In this document: positions 54,020-64,000 of the stretch, piece after piece
How the letters are laid out: every line of letters starts with the position of its first letter
Position numbering within the stretch: position 1 is the first letter of the stretch
Source: the human T2T-CHM13v2.0 reference genome, Homo sapiens
NCBI RefSeq assembly: GCF_009914755.1
Contig: NC_060926.1
DNA length: 64,000 bases
Strand: one strand, 5' to 3'
Notes under the pieces: generated by a model
Seen by the model: only the letters and a program-made list of their open reading frames with translations
Told to the model about the DNA's origin: nothing
Database searches by the model: none
Program-made: the position numbers and the translations under genes

Positions 54020-56800
54020 CTCAAGAGATACTGAATTATTTATATGTTACGAAAACAGACCAAGTCAGATGATGGGTGACAAGCCCAGTGGAAACAGGGG
54101 CTTGGACCTTACAGCTGTTTCTAGGTTCTAGCTTTCAGGGAAATGTCAGAATATCCCCTGAATGATGAAGACACCTTGTGTACCTTATACTACTTACCAC
54201 AATAAAACATAAACTTTTCAGAGTCTCTTTGGATTTTGGAGACAAAATAGACCACGTTTGGGTTCCCTGCCTGATCTATTTACCAAGCCACCCCAAGGCT
54301 GTCCATTTTGAGTTGGATCCAGATGAGATGTAGCAGATTCGAGCTGCTCTGCCAGTGCCACCGTGTCACAGTGCTCCAGTGAACAGTGCCAGTGCCACCG
54401 TGTCACAGTGCTCCAGTGAACAGTGCCAGTGCCACCGTGTCATAGTGCTCCAGTGAACAGTGCCAGTGTGACTGTGTCATAGTGCTCCAGTGAACAGTGC
54501 CAGTGCCACCGTGTCATAGTGCTCCAGTAAACAGTGCCAGTGCCACCGTGTCACAGTGCTCCAGTGAACAGTGCCAGTGCCACCGTGTCACAGTGCTCCA
54601 GTGAACAGTGCCAGTGCCACCGTGTCATAGTGCTCCAGTGAACAGTGCCAGTGTGACTGTGTCATAGTGCTCCAGTGAACAGTGCCAGTGCCACCATGTC
54701 ATAGTGCTCCAGTAAACAGTGCCAGTGCCACCGTGTCACAGTGCTCCAGTGAACAGTGCCAGTGCCACCGTGTCATAGTGCTCCAGTGAATAGTGCCAGT
54801 GCCCTGTGTCATAGTGCTCCAGTGAACAGTGCCAGTGCCACTGTGTCATAGTGCTCCCGTCCACAGTGCCAGTGCCACCATGTTCATAGTACACAGAGTA
54901 TTCAGAATGCCTCAAAAACTATCACACCATCCCACTCAATGCTTCTCTTAACCAGGGAAGCCACTTCAGCATAATGGAGCAGCAGTGGGTGTCTGCCCTT
55001 TCACAGATAACACCACACACTCCATCATCCAGAAGTTCCTACAGAAACCATGTGACATCCTGCCAAAACTCAATCACATATAGCTAGGGCACAGCTCCCT
55101 GTGAGTCCAGGGTGCCGTCCTACAGATTGGGGTATATGCCTGGAACCAGCTACCAACAGGTGGTTCTCTCCCACAACCAGAACACAGAATCCGCAGATTT
55201 TGATCTGTGGAGTCAAAGACAAGAAGTTGGAGGGATCCTTCTCATGACCACTCCCAATAACCTACTAGAAACATTTTTTTCTGTGCATCTCTGGATCTGT
55301 GGATATCCTGGTATAGAATCCCAATTCCCAAAAGCAAAAATGCTTCTACTAGTGGAAACAGCAATGATTCCTCCACACTGAAAGCTGACACAACCACATT
55401 GCTGTTTGGGGCTCGTCACAGTTTTGAATTGTCCAGCAAAGAAAGGAGTTGCTGAGTTGTCTGGGGGATTTCTCCAAATTATCAAGCAAAAATAGAGCTG
55501 TTGCTCTACAATGGGGCCAAGGAGGAATATGCATAGACCTGGATAAACTCTCTGTAGTGTCTCAAACACACCCGCCAGGAAAAGTAGTTATGTACAACAA
55601 TTCAAAAAGAACAAAGACAGTATGGACTCAGATTATTTACAGATAAGGTTTGGGTCACTTTCCTCCCCCAGGGTAAAGAACTACAACTAGTTAAATACCA
55701 TCTGAGGGCAACAAGATAATGTAATCAGTAAAGCAACAAAGAAAATATAAATATAATAATTGTAACCTCAAGATGAATTGCAGAAATGAGGACTGCTGTA
55801 CCTATGCATATTTTCTTTTTTGCTTGATAGACATATAGCTATAGACATAGACATAGGTAGATATGTATTTATATATACATATGTGTATCTGCATGTATAT
55901 GTGCTTACATATTTATATTCATAAACATATATATCCCTATAGGTTATATCCTAACAAATTACTTTCTGTTTCTTTCCCCTTTATCACTTCTCCTACAATT
56001 TTACCTAAGGACTGGAGAATTTGGCTAACTTTGCAAGTGAGACTTTTGGATAGAAAATACGCAGGTGGGATTTTGATTTGAATTCATGCCACCCAGAGAT
56101 GGAGATGCTGACAGGCAGAAACTCATGTCTCCTTATTTTAGAGAACGGTGGTCGTAGGAGACAGCCGCATGGTGTTAGGCAGAGGCAAGACGTCATGCTC
56201 ACTGATGATGCCTGGAAGAACATCTCTAGGTCGACGATGTTTGTGGATGGGGAAAAGCCACGAGAGCGGACTGGTCGCTCTTCTGCTGGGACCAGCCCCT
56301 TCCCACTTTCCTGGGCTCCCTTCTAGATGGTGGGGGACTGGAAGCCTATAGACCTGACTCTCACACCGTCTGGCTTCTGGGAAGATGTAGGGTGAGAGGT
56401 ACTGGATGAAGGGTAGGAAGATGGAGGACAGCATTTGTTTTCTGCTTGAGGCAGGCTATGCAGCAGCCACAGCAGCAGATGGCTCGGCTCTAACCATGGC
56501 CGTAGCCAATGTCAGTGCGAGCAGCCTTGGTGACGTTTTCCAGAGCAACAGTGTGACGTGGGCTCCTGAGTTCCTCCCACAGAAGTGAGGCGGCTTCAAC
56601 ACGGCGGCTGCAGTGATTCCAGACAGGAAGGGCGAGTGCGGGTCAGAGGGCTTCAGCCCCGGGTTGGTAGCAGTTTAGTAATCTCTGGGCAAGAAGAGAT
56701 ACTCTCTGTACTCCTCCAAAAGTACTCTGCCTCCCTGTTGCTCTCTCAGTCCCATCCACGGCTGTCGGCTTCTGTTTTCCTGACTGAGGTGTGACTGACA
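54020..56800 (+). mobile_element. Ancient ERVL internal remnant (pol/IN/dUTPase-like) plus LTR33-like 3' LTR
   Basis: aaggctgtccattttgagttgg...gctgctctgcca (RT/RNase H region); ORF 55112 TTPNNLLETFF...MLLLVETAMIP resembles the ERVL dUTPase region; LTR end ttctgttttcctgactga...gactgaca. Confidence 0.6.
54350..54891. repeat. 37-bp VNTR, about 14.5 copies
   Basis: Unit cagtgccagtgccaccgtgtca(c/t)agtgctccagtgaa. Confidence 0.97.
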
Positions 56801-56849
56801 GACTCACGATCCTGTTCTACCAGCACACTCTTCTTTTGCCCGCCCAGTG

Positions 56850-58110
56850 AAGTTTGGGGCCCTGTCTTTATCCCTAAAGCTGCCCTAGATTGTGAGCTGC
56901 TGGAAGGCAGGGATAGTATTTACCCATTTTGAATGTGGTCATTTTGTGCCTCTGACTACAGAATACAGCTCAGGTGCCTAATGTATAGCAACTTCTCACT
57001 AAACGTTGAATGAATGACCTCATTTCTTGTGACGACCTAAATCGCATCTGCCTGGTGATGAGTCTCATGTCCCCGTCTGCAGTTCTGACCTCTCTCCTGA
57101 ATTCCACATTAGTCACCTGCAGCTTTACCGGATTGTCTCAAAGATGCTCCAATTCATCATAAACCAGATCACACCTGCTCTCAGGCCACGTCACAACTGC
57201 TGTGTCTGTTTGATTAAGGGCATTGCCACCTGTCTGCATCTCCTATTAGATCCCTTTGCATTGTTTCCAAGCTCAGCCCAGCTCTATTCCTGAGGAACGG
57301 CACCACAGCTGACACGGAAGCCAGCCATGGGCAGCAGCCCCAAGTCCTGGCTTGGGTCCCTCCCTTCTGGCTCATCTTCTCGCTCTGATTCTGGCTCCAG
57401 GACCTCCCTCTCAATTCGTGCCCCTGGCCTTTTGGTTCTGAGTACCCATTTAGACTTTGCTTCATAGCTTATAAACGGCTTCTATTCAGGGTTCAGCTCT
57501 CTATGTTTTTCTAATTTTGGCATCCCCAATTTCTCTCATCAGTTAGCCCTTCCCTTAACACCTTTGGGAAGAAGTTTGGGAAGTGGAGAAAGGGCCACCA
57601 AATCCAGGCAGCTGTCCCCAGGGACGGCCCTATGTTCCCCCACTACATCTCTAGGGCTGCTCTTAGAGTTCCTAGCTAGCACTTTTCATCTGTATTACAG
57701 AAATGATGATGACCTGATCTTCCTGCCTTTGCTCTCTCCCACTCCAATGGATTCCCGAAGTGCTGTCAGAATTATTATTTATTTTAGTGAAAAATTAATC
57801 TGATGATTTAATCCATTAGCTTTTCCACTGAGTAAAATAAAATAAAAGTCCTTCCCATTACATACGTGCTGTGATCCGGCCGGAGCTCCCTGCTGCAGGT
57901 GCAGCTCCACAAGGACAGAAACCCCTGCTTCTCTCCAGCCGTGCCAGGCCTCCTCCTTGACCTGGGGACGCTACACTCTGTCATGCCTTCCTGCCTTTGC
58001 AAAAGTGGATCTCTTTGCCTGGAAAGCCTGTCTCCCTCTTCTCTGCCTAGCAAATATTATTTCTCTCTCAGACTGGCCTCAAACATCCATCGCTGCCTCT
58101 GAGAAACCAT
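56850..58110 (+). mobile_element. L2 fragments
   Basis: ctagattgtgagctgctggaaggcaggg...gttgaatgaatga; ctctttgcctggaaagcc. Confidence 0.55.
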
Positions 58111-60083
58111 TTTCATTTCCACTCAGAAAGGTGGTCACTCCCTCTTCTGCACATGGATGGCTGATTACATGGCCAGATCCTCAGGCTTCAAAACCACATC
58201 TTACTTCACTTATTATCCTTTTCGTTTGCGTCAGAGCCTCATCTAGTAAATTCTGATTACCCCGTGCAATAGACGTTGATGATCACTTTGTTATTGTTAT
58301 TATTAAGTGCTACACTAGATGTTGACATAGGAATATGTAAGAACCAAATTTGGAATCAGAATGCTGAAGATAGCATCCTGCCTTTGTCACCGCAAAGCAT
58401 ATATGTTTCACATAATATAAAATCCAACTTACATTTATTTTATTGCCCCACATAATTGGAAATGAAAATATGGAGGGGACTTTGAGCTTGCCTGGTTGGC
58501 ATCAATAATGTAGCTAAGAATGCATATTCCCTCTGCTCTGTCTTCCTCTCTCAGCTCCTGCAGGAGGCTGGCAGCCCAGCCAGGAAGAGCGGGCCAGGTG
58601 GTGATGAGGCCCCAGCCTCCTCGCTCCCACTCAGTAGAGAGAGAACAAGGTTCTATTCCAGGTTTCCAAGCAAGACCTGCAAGTACCTTGGTCAGGCTGC
58701 TTCAATAGCATTCCCACTCCTGACTGTGATGTGGAAAATAGCGGTGAGACCTCACTAGTCCAGCCAGGCACAGCACAGGTGCTGGGGCCTTGCCATGAAA
58801 CACCTGGGCACCGTGGGAGAGGGTTGGGAAACTTGAGCAAAACTCTGGGAATTTTTATTTTTCAGTTAGGCTTTCTTTCAGCTGCACATTGAAAGAAGTT
58901 AACCACAGAAACACGCTAAAGCACTTGCTTTTTTTCTTACGTAAGTCCACAGAGAAGGGCCCTTTTCAGGGGAAGTGATTCTACAGTGTCCTTGAGCAAT
59001 CAAGCTTTCTCAGATTCCGCTTTGCCTCTCAGCACGCTGCCTCCTTGCCCGCTGACATACCTGCTGCCCTTCACACATCCCCTTCCGAGTCCAGGCAGAA
59101 GGAAGAGACAGACCAAGAGCAGTAGCTCTGCACGTAACCCCCACGCACCTGTGCAGCTCCCAGGTGACCACCATTTAGGCCCCACTGTGCAGAACTGAGT
59201 CATGGGGTCACCCAGCTTTAAAAAAAGGCTGGGAAGTGGAAATGGAGAGGCTCTTTTTCTCTTTTTTTTGAACTCAACACCCCTTGAATACCATGGGCCT
59301 CATGTGATAAGCTATAATTCTTTCTCACTGTAGGGAAACTGCTTTCATGTCTAGAAAGTTTGCTTATGGCAATTTCAGAATAAATCTGGTATTTTTCCCA
59401 CAAAAAATGAATCAAAAAGTCATACCTATTACTCCCTTATTTCCATTCTGAAAAGACAAACCCAGAAATCCTTGATGCAAACTGTAACAAGGAAATAAAT
59501 CAAAGAATTCCAATTTGATTGGACACATTTATATGCAAACACTGTGCAAGTTACAGCGAGTGAGATAAATAAGAATAAGACATGGTCTCTGCTCCCTAAG
59601 GTCCCACAGTCTAGTTGGGGGAAAATTGTCAGCTGGGATACCCGGGCCAGTACCTTTTACGTAACATTGTCTCACATCTCAATTTTATTTCATTGAGGAA
59701 AATTTAATGGTCTCCTCAGTATTTTTGCAAATTCCTTGATGAGGATGAGTGGGAGAAATTTACATTCACACATTCACCTTTGGTTAGTTCCCTACCTCGA
59801 CTGAATGCCTGACCACTGCTCAGTAGACACTACACATGAACACATCTCCTTCTCGGCTTTCTGCACATGGGAGGCACCCACATGACCTCACGCATACATA
59901 TGCAAACTCACACTCAGAAACTCACAAACATATACACATACAAACTCATATGCATACAAACCTACACTGGTACGCTCACTCACACACTCACAAAAAGGCC
60001 TTTCCTTGATAGCTCACTTTAAAAGAGGTTTAAAAATATGAAGCACACTCACATTTCAAGCAGATTCACAATCCAGATTCTGC

Positions 60084-60289
60084 AGCCCACAGGCCCCTCT
60101 GGTGGGTTCCAGGCCAGCCTCCTGCAACGCGGTCACTCTCTTGATGTTGCTGAGCCCACAGGCCCCTCCGGCAGGTTCTAGGCCAGCCTCCCGCAACACG
60201 GTCCCTCTCCCGATGCTGCTGAGCCCACGGGCCTCTCCGGTGGGTTCCAGGCCAGCCTCCTGCAGCACGGTCGCTCTCTCGATGCTGCT
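60084..60289. repeat. 69-bp GC-rich tandem repeat, 3 copies
   Basis: agcccac starts at 60084, 60153 and 60222. Confidence 0.93.
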
Positions 60290-60429
60290 CTTACTGCCAC
60301 TTGCTCTTGGCAACTTCGAAATTAAAAATACCCCACACTCCATTTAAAAAGTGGCTCCGATTTTCCCAACTCCAACAAAAAACTTAGATCTGATTTATCT
60401 TTAAATACACATTTTTACATTATTTTTAA

Positions 60430-61290
60430 CTTAATAAACAGATGTTTTATTAGCACCTCCTGAGGTCCATACACCCCTCAAGGCACTGCGGAGATGAGGG
60501 TGAGCCCTAACAGGCACATCCTCCCCTCATGGACCAGAGAGGACAGGTTAGGAGATAGCGGAGGCACTGGTTGTGAGCCTAAGACTCACAAAATACGTAT
60601 AAAGTCCTGGTTGCAACAAGTTCTTCAAGCAAGAGAGACATGGCCTCACAAAAGCGTATAAGGGAGCATTTGACTTGTTCCGGGAATTCAGGGAATAATG
60701 TCCTGAAAACGTGAAGATGATGCATACTGAGCTCTGAAGGATGTGTCAGGGCCAACCTAGAGAAGGATTGAAAGAGAAAGAAATCAGGCAGAGGGTCTAG
60801 CGTGTGGAAGCCGGGGGACTAGAGTGGAGGTGCCTCAGAGGAAGTTTGAGACCAGCATGACTGGGTACACAAAAAAGAGGTGTTGCATGGTGTCAGATGA
60901 GGCTATAAGAGAGGAAGTGGCCAGACCCACACAGCTACTGTGGATTTATGCATGATTTTGGTCTTTTCCTAGGAGGAACAAGGAAGAGTGCTTGAGAGTT
61001 TGCAATAGAGGCTTGGTATGACCACAGGAGGGTTTGCATTGCATGTCAGAGAAGGCACCAAAAGACAGAAAAGACAAAGCAAGTACACTGGTTAGCAGGC
61101 TATTGAGGCAGATGAGACTGGGGGTGACCTCTGCTTGATCTAGGTGGGGGCCAGTGGAGGACAGCAGTACGGAGATTTCAAAGGTGTTTACTGAGTAAAA
61201 AGTACAGGACTTAGTGAGCTGTTATTGGAGAAACGGTGGAGAAAAAAAGATGCCCCAGATGATGCCTAGAATTATGCTCCCAATGATTTC
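60430..61290 (-). mobile_element. L2 fragment
   Basis: tttattagcacctcctga...actgagctctgaaggatg...caggacttagtgag. Confidence 0.6.
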
Positions 61291-61544
61291 AGAGTAGCTG
61301 ATTGTTCCAACAATATATACACAAACAGCAACACGCTTGTTAAAGATCCTTAGCAGTACTGATCCTCAGACCAATGCAAACGGAGACCATGACGACACAC
61401 CCATCTACCTGCTGCAATAGCTAAAATGTAAAATCTGCTAATACCAAGCAAAGGCAAATATGGGAGTAACTGTAATTCCAACACATTGCTGGCGAGAATA
61501 TCAAATGCATCCACCCATTGGAAACTGGTTTGAGTTACACATGA

Positions 61545-61930
61545 GAGTGAGGACTCTGTGCAGAGTCTCCCTTCTGGGCCTCCACACTTGGCAACTCTGT
61601 GCTTCTCTCACCCCTTCCAACCTCACCTCCGTGAATGGCTAGTTATTTTTGCAACTTAGCAATGTTTCAATTCACACCTCACGGGTGCTCAGTCCCCTTT
61701 CAGAAAGGCCAGGTGAAGTGCACTGTGAAAACACTCTCATCACATCTTTTCATTATTTCTTTGTAGGCTTTCCAAGAAGAGAGTTAAAAGTCCAGTTATT
61801 TAATTTCTCATTTGTCTACTAGAAAGTAAGCCCCGTGAGCAGGGCTGGTGTTTATCTCTCTCAGTGCTTTGCGCCAGTGCCTAGTTTGCTTAAATCTTTA
61901 AGGAATGAATGAATAAATGAATGCATGAAT
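61545..61930 (+). mobile_element. L2 3' end
   Basis: ctagaaagtaagccccgtgagcaggg...gaatgaatgaataaatgaatg. Confidence 0.65.
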
Positions 61931-63167
61931 TAGCATAAAAAACACGGAGTAGGAGGTAGGAAAGAAACAACAGTCATGTGTTTGGTTTTGTAGACCATGA
62001 GCTTAAGACGCATGTGGACTGTTTAAGAGGTTTCTTCTCAGAAATAAATGCATATCTGGCTTCAGTTAAACTTCTGAATTGATTAAAACTATCCTGCTCT
62101 TTTGGGGGAATGTAAGAAGAGATGGCTGTGTTTGAGCCACACCTTGCAAGTGGAATATGACAGTAATAGAAAGATAAAATCTGTGAGCGTGGTGAGCAAG
62201 ATTGCAGTGGGCATTAGAACTGTGCAGCAACTTACATTTTATTTATTCATTTTTATCTTTCTAATTACAAAATTAAAGTTCTGCATTGTTTCTTTAACAG
62301 AAACAATTATTGTTTACATAATTTTGACTACTTGATTGGAAATATAGTCATTATTGTAAAGTAAGGATAATTTGACCACAGTTTTGTGTTTAATTTCAGA
62401 AATAAAAATTGATTAATTGAGCTCAGATTTAAACAAAATAAGTTTATTGTGTTTCCAAAGTTTCTGCTTAAAAGAATGTGCCTCATAAAAGCCACACACA
62501 CAAAAAAGTTTATTTTTTGAATCGAGGGTGGATAAACCTAATTTCCAACATGTAGTAATTTTCAGACATTTATATTAAGTCTAAAATTACTTCAAAATGA
62601 AAGATTAAAAATCATTTTTTAAAACTTATATAGACAATTTGAAACTTACTTCAAATTGTCTTTCCCTAAATATTCCTACCAATTCTCAACCTCTTTTAGC
62701 CCTGAATCTGTTTTCTAATTTTCGTTTTTATGAATTGCTTCTTGATTCATGATTTTCTCTATTTGTGTTGAGTTCTCCACTTCCTACATTTATTTTCTGC
62801 CCCCTTTTTCCATGGCATTTATTGTCTATTATGTGCAGAACACAGTGTTGGGAACTACATATACAATATTTAAAAAGAATACACACTTTTTTTATCTGAA
62901 GTCATGCAGCTTGTAGTTGGGGAGTGATGCTCTATAAAAACAACTGCAATCCAATATGATGAATGTGAAGATGGAATACAGAAATTGCCACAGTCCCCCA
63001 GAGGGAGAAGCTGACTCAAGAGCAAGTGGAGCCTGGGTCTGCAGAGTCCGGACCTCCAGCACCGCCTCCTACACAGCCTCATCACGACTCAGAGCAGCAC
63101 CAGGGCTGCCTGGGATCGCCTGATGAAGCCACCGCATGAATGAGTTGAGGCTTTCTGATTAACAAGG

Positions 63168-63521
63168 TGATATGGTCTGACTGTGTCCCCACCCAAATCT
63201 CACCTTGAATTGTAATAATCCCCACATGTCAAGGGCAGGACAAGGTGGGGCTAATTGAATCATGGGGGCGGTTTCTCCCATACTCTTCTCATGGTGGTGA
63301 ATAAGTTTCATGAGATCTGATGGTTTTATAAGTGGAAGTTCCCCTGCACAAGCTCTTGCCTGCTACCATACAAGACGTGACTTTGCTCCTCATTCACCTT
63401 CCACCATGATTGTGAGGTCTCCCTGGCCATGTGGAACTGTGAGTCCATTAAACCTCTTTCCTTTATAAATGACCCAGTCTCAGGTATGTCTTTATTAGCA
63501 GGGTGAAAACAGACTAATACA
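63168..63521 (+). mobile_element. THE1 (C-like) solo LTR
   Basis: tgatatggtctgactgtgtccccacccaaatctc...acagactaataca. Confidence 0.93.
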
Positions 63522-64000
63522 CCAAGCAAGTCTAGAATCAAAAGCTACCATGTAAAAGCTATATCCCAAAGATAGGAGTTTGTATCATTACCTTTTGATC
63601 TTCTTTTTAACCACTTCCATTTATCTGCAGTAAATGTCAGTCCAAGGACAAAACTTTTAAACCAGTCCCCCAAAAGAAGTTAAATGGCGTTTATGTCTCC
63701 CTTCACTAAAGACCTCTTGTACTCTTAAGTGGTTCTACATAGAGATAACTTAATGATAATAAGTTGTTCTATGCAGAGAGAACCTAATTGTACTCAAATT
63801 ATTCATGTTATGCCTGCTTTTGTCTTAACTAGGTTGTTAGCTCCACAAGGGCAAAACTCAAGCCTTTAACAGTAATAATAGTATATTACCAATAATTATA
63901 ACAATATATATTTAGTACATTTCTTTTGTAATTTTCTAAACATTTCTGTTATGTTGTCTTCCTTAATTCAAAAGACAGATGTGGGAGGCTGAAAGGCATC

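Noticed and set aside
54350-54891. 37-bp repeats (also 37597-37744) as a CRISPR-like array
   Set aside because: Head-to-tail units with no unique spacers, in primate DNA with no cas genes.

Overview
Primate (most likely human or ape) genomic DNA that reads as intronic or intergenic. By eye, roughly two-thirds or more is transposon-derived: Alu J/S/Y, L1PA4/PA7, L1MA/MB/MC/ME, L2, MIR, MaLR LTRs (THE1, MST, MLT1), two ancient ERVL-class proviral remnants, and DNA transposons (MADE1, MER20, Tigger2a). I could not support any protein-coding gene, RNA gene or CRISPR array; the listed ORFs are repeat-derived or chance ORFs. The most informative signals are mutational fossils: (1) a ~200-bp templated insertion copied from 4 kb away, with a 13-bp target duplication and snap-back filler; (2) an ultra-short L1 insertion carrying a ~60-nt 3' transduction; (3) a ~10-nt twin-priming micro-inversion; (4) three L1s that keep both ends but lost much of ORF2; (5) two 37-bp VNTRs inside ERVL relics, one with a 5-unit higher-order duplication; (6) two candidate + strand small exons. 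I found no evidence of a genuinely new biological system. Repeat subfamily names come from remembered consensus motifs and need Dfam/RepeatMasker confirmation.
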